Shown here: positions 53,389-62,894 of the stretch, one piece after another
Layout of the letters: the number at the start of each line of letters is the position of its first letter
Numbering within the stretch: position 1 is the stretch's first letter
NCBI GenBank assembly: GCA_018711135.1
Contig: DVIS01000019.1
Location: 2,533 to 66,532, forward strand
Reading direction: 5' to 3'
Source of the DNA: Candidatus Onthousia faecavium
Lineage (GTDB): Bacteria; Bacillota_I; Bacilli_A; RF39; UBA660
DNA: 64,000 nt
Program-made: the position numbers and the translations under genes
The notes under the pieces: model-generated
What the model saw: the letters and a program-made list of their open reading frames with translations, nothing else
Database searches by the model: none
Told to the model about the DNA's origin: nothing

Positions 53389-54915
53389 CTATCTTTTCTT
53401 AAGTGTGTACACTTTGTTATCAGATAATATTTCCTTGTTGATTAGAACCTCACTATATTTACCTTGATTACTCTTTTGTTGGAGAGTACGACTTACATCA
53501 AGTAAAGAGGTTAAAACGATTTCACTTAGTTCTCTTGCTCCTGTATTATTACTAGTAACATGGGTTAAGATTTCATTTACATATGATTCATCATATTTTA
53601 GATTAACATTATATGTTTCTTGATAGAATTGCTGTTTCAAAAGAAGAGGACTAAGTTTTCCTTCCGTCATTATAGTTTTTAAATCTTCTTTTGAAAGGTT
53701 GTTATAGACAATTTTAGGACTAGCACGACCAACAAATTCTGCGATAAAACCATAGTTAATGATATCAATAGGAGTTATAGTTTTCATTTTATCTTGAGTA
53801 GATACAAAACCTAAATGTTTATCTTTGGCTTTGAATAATTCTTCAAAGGCTCCTCCCATAACTATATTCATGAATGATGTATCAATTCTAACACTTTGAT
53901 TAAGACTTACATTAACATCATAGGTACTGCCATCTAAAAAGTTTAGTAATAAGTTTTGGACAGCTACATCAGAAACATCACGACCACGAGAAGCTATTTT
54001 ATCTATTTCATCTAAGAAGATTAATGATTCTTCACATTCTTTAATCTTTTTACCGGCATTTTGATATGCTAAAGCTAAGAGATCATTAATATCATTACCT
54101 TTGTAACCAGATGCTGATAAAGTTGGAGTGGAATATCTTGTAAAAGGAACTTTTAAGTATTCAGCTAAAAGCTTTAAAGTTTCGGTTTTACCTACTCCAG
54201 AAGGTCCTATTAAAAGAGGTCTTAAAATCAAGTGAGGATTTTTAGTTTTATAGTTTTCAGCTATAACTGTTACTAACTGTTCAATTTGTCTATCTTGACC
54301 AATGATACGCTCTTTTAAATAAGCTTCCAATTCTTCGGTATCAATATCTCTCCTAAAGTCATTTTTAACATCTGCTTTAATACTTTCAGATTGTTTATAA
54401 GTAACTGTTTCTTTATTTTGTACTGTTTCTTTTTTCTCAGATGGGAGATTTGGTTTTAATATACTTTCTATCGAATTAACAATTTCTTCCATGGAGATAT
54501 TAGGAGGAATTGGTATAACTCCACTAATTTGATAATTGCTTTCCATTGAACCATTATAAACAGTTAGCAAATCTCTAGCATCTTCTACTGGCATCTCTAT
54601 TAAGTCATAATCACCAGTTTCAGAGTTAAAGATACAGATATTGAGGCAAGAGAAGACATCTTCTTTAAAGAACTCTAAAGCTTGATTGATATTTTTTGTT
54701 GCATACGCTGTTAATAATTCTTCTTTTGACTGTACATAAGCGACACATTCTTTTTCATCACGTTTAATAAAATATTCATCATCAGCATAGAAATAGAATT
54801 TATTATCACTGCTAATAAAATTACCATCTTGAATTTCACCTTTTATTACTCTGATGGGATTATAAATGACAATACCATTATTATATAATACTTTTTTCAT
54901 TAATATTGCGTACAT
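53389..54915 (-). CDS. ClpX-like AAA+ ATPase with an unrelated ~200-aa N-terminal domain
   Basis: Walker A is LLIGPSGVGKT, the pore-1-like loop is SGYKGND, Walker B is IFLDEIDK, and sensor-1 is IVMGGAF. HLGFVS sits at the ClpX IGF-loop position, followed by GFIAEFVGR and GARELS. There is no Cys4 zinc-binding domain. Confidence 0.7.
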   Translation of the reverse strand: MYAILMKKVLYNNGIVIYNPIRVIKGEIQDGNFISSDNKFYFYADDEYFIKRDEKECVAYVQSKEELLTAYATKNINQALEFFKEDVFSCLNICIFNSETGDYDLIEMPVEDARDLLTVYNGSMESNYQISGVIPIPPNISMEEIVNSIESILKPNLPSEKKETVQNKETVTYKQSESIKADVKNDFRRDIDTEELEAYLKERIIGQDRQIEQLVTVIAENYKTKNPHLILRPLLIGPSGVGKTETLKLLAEYLKVPFTRYSTPTLSASGYKGNDINDLLALAYQNAGKKIKECEESLIFLDEIDKIASRGRDVSDVAVQNLLLNFLDGSTYDVNVSLNQSVRIDTSFMNIVMGGAFEELFKAKDKHLGFVSTQDKMKTITPIDIINYGFIAEFVGRASPKIVYNNLSKEDLKTIMTEGKLSPLLLKQQFYQETYNVNLKYDESYVNEILTHVTSNNTGARELSEIVLTSLLDVSRTLQQKSNQGKYSEVLINKEILSDNKVYTLKKR

Positions 54916-54939
54916 AGAACCACCCTTACTATTTAATTA

Positions 54940-55395
54940 TTATTTATCTGTAGAACCAAAACCACCAGTTCTTACACCCTCTGCTTGGTCATTATCAGTT
55001 GTTAAGTATTTTAAAAATAATACTTGCCCGATAACATCACCTTTTTTTACTTCTAAGTCATGATCACTACAGTTGAAGAAAGCAAAGAAGAAATGACCAT
55101 CATTAGATTCATTACCATAGTAATCGGCATCTACTAATCCGACACTATTCGCTAAGATAAAGCCTTTTTTAGGTCCACTGCTTCTATTTAAAAGAAGGAA
55201 ACACTCATCATCACCACAATATGCTTTTAACCCTGTAGGTACAAGAGTTGGTTTAATACCAGGATAATACTTTGGTATTATTATATCTTCTGCTGCTTCA
55301 ACATCATAGGCAGCAGAATTTTTAGTCTTTCTAACTGGTATATTTATATTTTTATCTTCATATCCTTTTGCTATTTCAAAACCTCTTTGTTTCAT
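54940..55395 (-). CDS. dut: dUTP diphosphatase
   Basis: Motifs AAYDV, RSSGPKKG, NSVGLVDADYYG and GGFGSTDK. Confidence 0.85.
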   Translation of the reverse strand: MKQRGFEIAKGYEDKNINIPVRKTKNSAAYDVEAAEDIIIPKYYPGIKPTLVPTGLKAYCGDDECFLLLNRSSGPKKGFILANSVGLVDADYYGNESNDGHFFFAFFNCSDHDLEVKKGDVIGQVLFLKYLTTDNDQAEGVRTGGFGSTDK

Positions 55396-55416
55396 ATTAC
55401 ACCTCTTTCTATATAC

Positions 55417-55445
55417 AATATATAAAACTAATTTTGGTTCGTCAA
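55417..55445 (-). promoter_or_regulatory. Sigma-A-type promoter candidate for dut
   Basis: Minus strand TTGACG (55440-55445), 17 nt, then TATATT (55417-55422), about 20 nt before the dut SD. Confidence 0.5.
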
Positions 55446-55493
55446 TCTTTTTTTAAAGGTATTTTTTCTTTGTAACCATTTTTTGTGAATAGT

Positions 55494-55522
55494 TTGTACA
55501 AAAAATTGGTAATCACTATAAT
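55494..55522 (+). promoter_or_regulatory. Orphan near-consensus promoter on the plus strand
   Basis: TTGTAC (55494-55499), 17 nt, then TATAAT (55517-55522). No plus-strand ORF with an SD follows. A 20-nt perfect palindrome lies 50 nt downstream. Confidence 0.4.
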
Positions 55523-55824
55523 AAATTATATTTCATAATCATAAAATACTGATTTTATGGTACATCAAAATGATTTTACTAAATTTAGTAAAACTCTTTT
55601 AATTATATAGTTTTTAATTTTCTCACATTTTCAGGATGATTTTTTATAATATGCTCTTTTGCCATTACATATGACAGGACATCTTAGTGCTAAGTTAATG
55701 GATATATCATTTATTAACATAACTTAAATTAAGAGATAAATAATGAAAAAAAGTAAAAATAGGTTGTTTTTTTGTAAGACATTTTCGCTAATTAATCACA
55801 ATATTTTAAAGAAATTAATTTTTT

Positions 55825-57597
55825 TTATATAATTAAAGTAAGGCGGAAAGAAGCATCTTTATTTACTGAACCATTACCCGTAGTTTTATAAAAATGAAAT
55901 ATACCTGATGAACTATCTGAATTATAGTAGCTACCATAAGCAACCCAGGGATTATTAACATCGCTCATAACAGCTGAGTCACGATACCATCCTGCAGTTT
56001 CTGATAAACCATATGATAAACATTCTTTACCATTACAAGCAGTAAAAATGTCACTACTTGTATATTTATCATAGTATTTAATATCAGGCATTTCTGTAAA
56101 TCCAGAACTAGCAATTATATCATTATAGTTACCCATCACATATTCCCAAGCTCCTCCACTCATATCATAGATTCCATAAATATTTCCCGTTGTTGAGGCT
56201 CCTGTCCCATTTATATCAATATCATATGTATATTGGCAGCCATAATCAGTATTTCCTTTAGATGGTGCTCCATAACTACATCCTGTTATAATCAAATTGG
56301 ATTTATTTTGGTATATTTCCTTATCTTTTCCTGTGAAATCAACATTTCCTAATTTTCCATATCGACTTTGGGATAGATATGCTACTGCTCCCCATTCACT
56401 ATTCTTCATCATATGTGTATCGATAGTACTACTAAATCCATATCTATTTCCTTCATCATTCATTTTCAAACTGACATTAAAGCCATTACTTATATTTATA
56501 TTTCTCCAACTCGTGACATTTGGTTTTATCATTGTATCTAATTCTGTTGTATTACCTCCTCCATATTCTGCATCAGGATTAGAACTACTTGTTTCAAACT
56601 TTCCAACCCAGATTTCACTTAACTCTTCATCACCAAAGGTAAAAGCGTCTGGAGTATAATACTCTCTTACTCCTGTTGTTGTTACATATTTAGCATTTCC
56701 TCTATCTTTTATTTCTGTACTAACAAATCTTACATCTATTTCTCCTGGTAGTTCTTGAGTTGGTTCACTTTCTAAATAACAACCTTTTCGTCCATAATAA
56801 TTAGTTCCATCTTCACTTGCAATACTATAACTATATCTTGGTATCCATACCCACATAGTTTCTATATCATTCATATTTATTATGGTTCCTACACTTGCAT
56901 TTTTATAACTTTCTCTTGTACTACTACTGACAGTTACAGCATTAGCCCATTTCTGTTCACTATAATCATACCAATCATTATTAGTATTGCTTGTATCTGC
57001 TTTTACCCAATTATTATTTTCTTATTTTACTGCTATCATATTAGTATCTAATTCTGGAGTATTTGGTTCATTTATATATTCTTTAAATAAATGTCCATTA
57101 CTTGGTAAACTTAAATCATTATAATCTAGTCCTACCCCTACTCCTAACTCTATTACTACCTCATTATGAGAATTATTTTCGGCCATTATTTTATATTTAT
57201 TACTACTACCTATACTTTTACTTGTTTCTAGATTAACTCCTATTTCTTCTGGTAACGGATTAGTTTCACAATCTGTGATGTAACCCACAGTTACATTATC
57301 GGGGATTTCATTTAAGTAGTAAAAGTTAAATCTTGTTAAACGATTATTAGGATTTGTTAGAGTAACTATAAACTCTATTGAGGTCTCACCAGGAATAGTT
57401 AAAGTATTTCCTTCTTTTCCATCTATTTCTAATTTATAATCCAGTGTTCCTGTCACAATACTAATCGCATTATTCTTTTCTTTGGTTACAGTAAACATCG
57501 CATAGGAATAATAACTTGCTAATAGTAATATAGTTATTAAAATTACACTTATTATATATATTTTTGATACTTTAGTATTTAATAATATCCGCTTCAT
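55825..57597 (-). pseudogene. P-family paralog, type A, inactivated by a single in-frame TAA (Tyr codon in the paralogs)
   Basis: The two track ORFs (57022-57597 and 55825-56874) are in the same frame (1773 nt in total). Reading through gives ..NMIAVK*ENNNWVKADTSNTNNDWYDY.., where paralogs have ..NMIAVKYENNNWVKAD.. Confidence 0.8.
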
Positions 57598-57818
57598 TTT
57601 TACTCCTTATCAGTTATTTTGACATTAATTATAGTTTACCCTAATTTATTTATTTTATGTGCTGGTTATATAACCAGTTTGCATACTAAAAAAGAACAGA
57701 ATCCTTCTATCCTGTTCTTATTCCACGATTAAAGAAAGTACTTAAGCTTCTAAAGTACCCCCCCCCAGGTAACTTCTTGTAAACGGGTGCTAGTGCTCAT
57801 TTCATACCTTCTTTCTAT
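57598..57818 (-). promoter_or_regulatory. P-family 5' leader, copy 5 (core 57688-57818 with G9 at 57758-57766, plus accessory module 57598-57687)
   Basis: The core matches copy 3 in the terminator hairpin. The accessory module matches copy 1 and contains a perfect 16-nt palindrome, CTGGTTATATAACCAG (57662-57677). Confidence 0.7.
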
Positions 57819-57872
57819 TTTATCTACTAATAGATTAACATAACATATTTATAAATTTAAGAGAGTTTTTAA

Positions 57873-57897
57873 TGAAAAAAGAGAACCGCAGTTCCCT
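57873..57897 (-). terminator. Intrinsic terminator after the HtrA-like gene
   Basis: Minus strand AGGGAAC-TGCG-GTTCTCT followed by TTTTTTC. The stop codon lies in the stem. Confidence 0.5.
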
Positions 57898-59023
57898 ATT
57901 CACTTTTACTTAATTTAACTTTTGTAGTATGTTCTTCTCCTGCTCTTAAATAAGTAAGTTCAATTGTATCTCCGGCTTGATACTTATATAGTTCATATCT
58001 TAAGTAAGCAGAATCAGATACCTCTACACCGTTAATAGCAGTTACAATATCACCTGCTTTTAAATCGGAAGAAGCAGCGCCTGTTCCTTCTTCAATACCA
58101 GCGATAACAACTCCACTGTCAACATCGTTTGGAATATCAAAGTTGTAACGATATGAATATTTAGCATCAGAAACATTTAACATTTGAACTCCTAAAACTG
58201 GCCATTCAATTGATTCACCTTTTTCTAGAGTTTCAATCTTACTATTTACATATTCAATTGGAATAGCAAAGCCCATACCTTCAACCTCTGTTTGAACTAA
58301 TTTTAAAGAGATAACCCCAATAACCTCACCATTAGCATTCATTAAAGGACCACCACTATTACCTGGATTAATAGCAGCATCTGTTTGTAAAACTTTCATA
58401 ACCCAATCACTACTTGAAGAGTTATTATCAGTACTAACACTAACAAGACGATCTTTACCAGCTAAGTGACCTGTTGAAACACTACCACGGTATTCATAAC
58501 CTAGAGGGTTACCTATAGTAAAGACTAAATCACCTAGTTTAGAGTTTTCACTATTACCAAGGGTTAAAGCAACTAAGTCATCAGTCTTTTTCATTCTAAC
58601 AATAGCGATATCAACATAAGAGTCTCCTCCAAGAACCTCACCTTCAATTTCTTCATCAGTTGAGGTTATTAAAGTAATTCTGTCAGCTCCATCAACAACG
58701 TGTTGATTAGTGATAACATAAGCATCATCACCTTCTATTTTATAAACAAAACCAGTACCAGTTGATGCAACCTCATCATTTTGATAGTTTCTAATCATTA
58801 AAATACCATCATAAACTTTTTCTACCGCTTCACTTATACCTGATTCATCAACAACCACTTTAGTACAATCTGCTGCACTACAAGTTAGACCAGAGGAAGC
58901 TGATGAGGTAGTAGTCGTTTTATTCAATAGATCTTTACCATCAATAACTATAAAGGTTAAAACACCTCCAATGACAAAAGATACAATTATTAATATTGCC
59001 TCTTTAATTCTTTCACTTTTCAT
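57896..59023 (-). CDS. htrA: HtrA/DegP-family serine protease (trypsin-like S1C plus PDZ)
   Basis: A TM anchor, the catalytic motifs TNQHVV, DIAIV and GNSGGPLMN, and a C-terminal PDZ (LKAGDIVTAINGV). Confidence 0.85.
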   Translation of the reverse strand: MKSERIKEAILIIVSFVIGGVLTFIVIDGKDLLNKTTTTSSASSGLTCSAADCTKVVVDESGISEAVEKVYDGILMIRNYQNDEVASTGTGFVYKIEGDDAYVITNQHVVDGADRITLITSTDEEIEGEVLGGDSYVDIAIVRMKKTDDLVALTLGNSENSKLGDLVFTIGNPLGYEYRGSVSTGHLAGKDRLVSVSTDNNSSSSDWVMKVLQTDAAINPGNSGGPLMNANGEVIGVISLKLVQTEVEGMGFAIPIEYVNSKIETLEKGESIEWPVLGVQMLNVSDAKYSYRYNFDIPNDVDSGVVIAGIEEGTGAASSDLKAGDIVTAINGVEVSDSAYLRYELYKYQAGDTIELTYLRAGEEHTTKVKLSKSE

Positions 59024-59969
59024 CTATACTACTCCTTTCTATATTTGCAAGTTGCATATAATTAGATGGAAAACCCATCCTATCCAAAATATTTTCTATC
59101 TTAATACTATGTAAATTATATGAAAGATTTTCAATTTTCTTATCGAGTTCTAAACTCATATTTTTAAATTCATCATATGATAACATTCGTTTCATAATTA
59201 TAACTAAAGCGAATAAATCATTAATTCCTTTTACATATTCTCCTTCATCGCTTTTCTTTATATTTAATATTTGGTGGTAGAAAGTTCCTTTTATATGTTT
59301 TTGAGTTTTATTCTCATAAAGAATATCTTCATGTGCACATAGGTTACGGTAATTAGATAAAATAGGTAAATAAGTACTAAAATCTTCTAAAGAAATATTA
59401 TACATTTTACAAATACTAATTTGATCATCATATTTCATAATAGAAAATAATTCTCCAACGATACCAAAGGATAAGACTTTAACTAAAATCCAAAGAGGAA
59501 TATAACCATAGTTAGACATATAATGGGCAGTAGCACTATGTTGACTACCATTTATTCTAATTTGGCGTTTCATCTTTTTGATTAAGTCATTAACTTGTTT
59601 CTGCTTATTTTTATCTTTAGTAAAGTTCCTACTCTTTAAATAAGTCTTCTCTTTATAACCATATTTCTTAGATAGTTGATAAGAAAAGATTGATTTTAAG
59701 TTATTTTCTATTATCAAAAGATTTTTAAAGAAAATATTTCTTATTTCCCGATCGAAGAGAAATAAACTATAAAGTTCTTCAAAAGTAACACCAGGTAGAA
59801 AGTGTTTATCAGTCATACTTCTCATTAAGGGATATCTATAACCAGATAAGAAAAAGTAATTTTCTCTTAAGAGAATCTTTTTTGCATATTCTTCATCAGT
59901 TATAGTCATGCCTTTATATTTCAGGATTTCTATTTGTTCTTCAAGGTTTTTGAACTTTTTATCTATCAT
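59013..59969 (-). CDS. Abi_2 (AbiD/AbiF-like) abortive-infection protein with a HEPN RxxxxH motif
   Basis: The N-terminus FKNLEEQIEILKYKGMTI.DEEYAKKILLRENYFFLSGYRYPL is typical of Abi_2. SNYRNLCAHEDI supplies the R-x4-H. The gene overlaps the htrA start by 11 nt. Confidence 0.7.
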   Translation of the reverse strand: MIDKKFKNLEEQIEILKYKGMTITDEEYAKKILLRENYFFLSGYRYPLMRSMTDKHFLPGVTFEELYSLFLFDREIRNIFFKNLLIIENNLKSIFSYQLSKKYGYKEKTYLKSRNFTKDKNKQKQVNDLIKKMKRQIRINGSQHSATAHYMSNYGYIPLWILVKVLSFGIVGELFSIMKYDDQISICKMYNISLEDFSTYLPILSNYRNLCAHEDILYENKTQKHIKGTFYHQILNIKKSDEGEYVKGINDLFALVIIMKRMLSYDEFKNMSLELDKKIENLSYNLHSIKIENILDRMGFPSNYMQLANIERSSIDEK

Positions 59970-60074
59970 TTATACCACCTAGATTAGATTATAGCATAAA
60001 AAGTGTGTAAAAAATATGAATTTTTCATGAAAAATTATGTTATACTTTAGTAGTTGATAGAAAGGGTTGATAGG

Positions 60075-61052
60075 ATGCCTGCTACTTTTACCCACGCCTT
60101 ATTTGCAGATGACATTTATGATGAGTTACCAATTGGGTTAAAAAAGCTTTTAATAGATGATAAGGCTAGCTTAAGAATGTTTGCTCAAAGTACAGATCCT
60201 TTTATTTTTTATAAATTAGGGAATAAAAAAGGGAAAAAGATTAGAGAGTTTCAAAGTCATTTTCATAAGAATAAGAGTCAAGAATTCTTTCTTAATCTAA
60301 TTAACTATATTAAATATAATAACTATTATCAAAATAAAGAGATAATGGCTTTTCTTTATGGGTTTATTTCTCATTATGTTCTTGATAGTACGGTTCATCC
60401 ATTTGTACATTATAAATGTGGCTATGTAAAAAAAGATGATCCTAGTACTTATAAATATAGAAATCAGCATGAATATATGGAGAACTTTTTAGATAATTAT
60501 TTAATTAAGCAAAGAAAAAATATTGATCCTTATAAATATAAATTTTATGATTATTGTTTTATGCTTAAACCTTTTTCTAAAGAGTTAGTTGAGGTTATAG
60601 ATTATGCTTTTAAAGAGACGTTTAATTTTAATAATTTTAGTACTTACTATTATAAAGCTTTAAAAGATATGTATTTTTACTTAAAGTATTTTAGGTATGA
60701 TAGATATGGGATAAAGATGTTTATATATAAAAGTGTGGATAGATTTACAAAGCCTAATATGTTTAGATTAGAAGCGATATCTTATCATAGACCTTTAAAA
60801 GATGTTAATAATTATTTGAATTTAAATCATCAAGAGTGGTGTCATCCTTGTTTAAAAAGAGAGAAACATAAAGAGTCTTTTATAGAGCTTTATGCCATGG
60901 CTTTAAAAGAAGCGATGCGGATTATTAGAGATGTTAATAATTATTTGAAGGGAACAAAGAAAGTAGATTTAAAAAAGGATTTTAAAAATTTATCTTATTC
61001 AACAGGGAAAAATTGTGATAATAAAAATGAGTTAAAGTATTTTGAATATTAA
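60075..61052 (+). CDS. Zinc-dependent phospholipase C-like family protein
   Basis: N-terminal MPATFTHALFADDIY and internal HYVLDSTVHPFVHY His-rich motifs. I chose the start at ATG 60075; the track start is TTG 60054. Confidence 0.5.
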   Translation: MPATFTHALFADDIYDELPIGLKKLLIDDKASLRMFAQSTDPFIFYKLGNKKGKKIREFQSHFHKNKSQEFFLNLINYIKYNNYYQNKEIMAFLYGFISHYVLDSTVHPFVHYKCGYVKKDDPSTYKYRNQHEYMENFLDNYLIKQRKNIDPYKYKFYDYCFMLKPFSKELVEVIDYAFKETFNFNNFSTYYYKALKDMYFYLKYFRYDRYGIKMFIYKSVDRFTKPNMFRLEAISYHRPLKDVNNYLNLNHQEWCHPCLKREKHKESFIELYAMALKEAMRIIRDVNNYLKGTKKVDLKKDFKNLSYSTGKNCDNKNELKYFEY

Positions 61053-61113
61053 TAAATTTAAAAAGATGTATAAAATAGTTCTTAAAATATCACTATATTA
61101 TTAGGTGAAGAAA

Positions 61114-62115
61114 ATGTTAAATAGTTACAAAATAGTAAGGACTATGGATGAAGAGATATTATATCTTTATTTAGATATTAATTATGAATTTGCTAGGGAG
61201 TTAAGTGAAGATAGTTTAAAGCAAAAAGCGACTAATTATTTAATAACGCATGATATAAAGTTTAAGGGTAATAAAGTAATATTTGTTATTAATGGGGTGG
61301 AAGCGAAAGCGATAAATTTAAATAAATATAAGATATACTTAAATAAAGATTTGTTTGTGGTAGATAATAAAGAGAAAATGACTTTAAAAGAAATATTACT
61401 TAGTTTATTATTTTCTAATTTAAGTATTGATTTAGAGATTGAAGCTTTAAAAGCGATTACGGTTTTATATAGAAGTGAGGTAATTAGTAATTTAAAAGAT
61501 GAAAACTTAAATCTTTTAAATATTTCCCTTGCCTTTCATAATTATAATTACTATAAGTTGACTTATAAAGAAACATATAAAGAAAAAGTAAGTATTTATA
61601 ATAGAGCGATTGATGAGACAGATGGAGAGTATTTACTTTATAATAATAAACCGATTAAGTGTTATACTCATCTTGTTAGTAATGGCTATACAGAAGAAAA
61701 TCCTAATATACCTTATACAGTTAGAAAAGAAAGTCTTTGGGATTTAACTTATCCTAATTATATGCAGGTTAAAAGTTATAAAACTATAGATTTTAAGAAA
61801 AAACTTAATATAGATAGAGATGACTTTAATTTAAAAATAACTAGTATAAGTAATAGTAATAGGATAAAAGAACTTGAAATTGGAGATAGGAAAATAGAAG
61901 CTAGTCTTTTAGCAGTTTATTTAGATTTGCCATCTACAGATATAACGATTATTGTTAAGAAGGATTATTTAACATTTGTAACAAGAGGAATTGGTAGTGG
62001 TTTGGGACTTAGTATAATTGGAGCTGATAATTTAGCGGAATTAGGCTTTAATTATAGACAGATTTTAAATTATTATTTTAAAGAGGTGTCATTAGTAGTT
62101 AAAGAGGCTCAGTAG
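61114..62115 (+). CDS. SpoIID/LytB-like protein (divergent)
   Basis: IEALKAITVLYRSE, HLVSNGYTE and the C-terminal GIGSGLGLSIIGADNLAELGFNYRQILNYYF parallel SpoIID family motifs but are degenerate. The start is ATG 61114 after AGGTGA. Confidence 0.5.
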   Translation: MLNSYKIVRTMDEEILYLYLDINYEFARELSEDSLKQKATNYLITHDIKFKGNKVIFVINGVEAKAINLNKYKIYLNKDLFVVDNKEKMTLKEILLSLLFSNLSIDLEIEALKAITVLYRSEVISNLKDENLNLLNISLAFHNYNYYKLTYKETYKEKVSIYNRAIDETDGEYLLYNNKPIKCYTHLVSNGYTEENPNIPYTVRKESLWDLTYPNYMQVKSYKTIDFKKKLNIDRDDFNLKITSISNSNRIKELEIGDRKIEASLLAVYLDLPSTDITIIVKKDYLTFVTRGIGSGLGLSIIGADNLAELGFNYRQILNYYFKEVSLVVKEAQ

Positions 62116-62160
62116 AGTCTTTTTTTTAGATTTCAACATATATTTTAATAGGTGTTTTAG

Positions 62161-62838
62161 ATGATTAGAAAATATAAAGTGCTTTTTTTAGTTTTGTTTA
62201 TAACTTTACTTATGTCTTTACAATTTGTTGATGCGAAAATAAAAGATAAAAAGACGCTTACTAATAGAATTATTACGATTGATCCAGGACATGGAGGAAG
62301 AGATAGTGGGACGAGTTATCAGAAGATTTATGAAAAAGATTTAAACTTGGAGATTTCTAAAGTATTAAAGAAGTTTTTAGAAGATAAAGGGGCTACTGTT
62401 TATATGATAAGAGAAGATGATAGTGATTTATCTAGTCGTTGGGATAGCGCAAAAAAACGTGGGGATCTTTATAGACGGATTTTAAAGATTCAGGAGAATA
62501 AAAGTGATCTATATTTATCAATTCATATTAATTATCACTACTCTACTAATGTTAAAGGTGCTGAGGTGTTATATCACCCAATTAATGATAAAAATTTAAT
62601 ATTAGCAGAAGCGATTATGAGAGAATTTAGTAATGATTTAGGGAGTAAGAGAAAGGTTGTTAAAACTAATTTATATTTGTATTCCAATACAAGAGTGCCT
62701 GGTGTTTTAATAGAGTGTGGTTTTATTTCTAATCCTGATGAGAGATATTTACTGCAAAAAGAAAGTTATCAAGAGAAATTAGCAGAAGCGATTACTAAAG
62801 GAGTTCTGAATTATTTTTTAGAGATTGAAAGAGAGTAA
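62161..62838 (+). CDS. cwlD: N-acetylmuramoyl-L-alanine amidase (Amidase_3), CwlD-like
   Basis: A signal/anchor, then IDPGHGGRDSG, DLYLSIHIN, GAEVLY and PGVLIECGFISNPDE. Confidence 0.75.
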   Translation: MIRKYKVLFLVLFITLLMSLQFVDAKIKDKKTLTNRIITIDPGHGGRDSGTSYQKIYEKDLNLEISKVLKKFLEDKGATVYMIREDDSDLSSRWDSAKKRGDLYRRILKIQENKSDLYLSIHINYHYSTNVKGAEVLYHPINDKNLILAEAIMREFSNDLGSKRKVVKTNLYLYSNTRVPGVLIECGFISNPDERYLLQKESYQEKLAEAITKGVLNYFLEIERE

Positions 62839-62894
62839 AATAGATAAGAGATTACCTCAAAAAAAGGCAATCTCTTATTTTTCAAATAGTTTTA

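Noticed and set aside
55743-55832. A 29-aa plus-strand ORF (MKKSKNRLFFCKTFSLINHNILKKLIFFI) in the dut/P-family gap.
   Set aside because: It has only a weak AAGAGA SD-like sequence, overlaps the 3' end of the convergent pseudogene, and has no paralog or supporting structure. The two type-I-toxin-like peptides do have such support.
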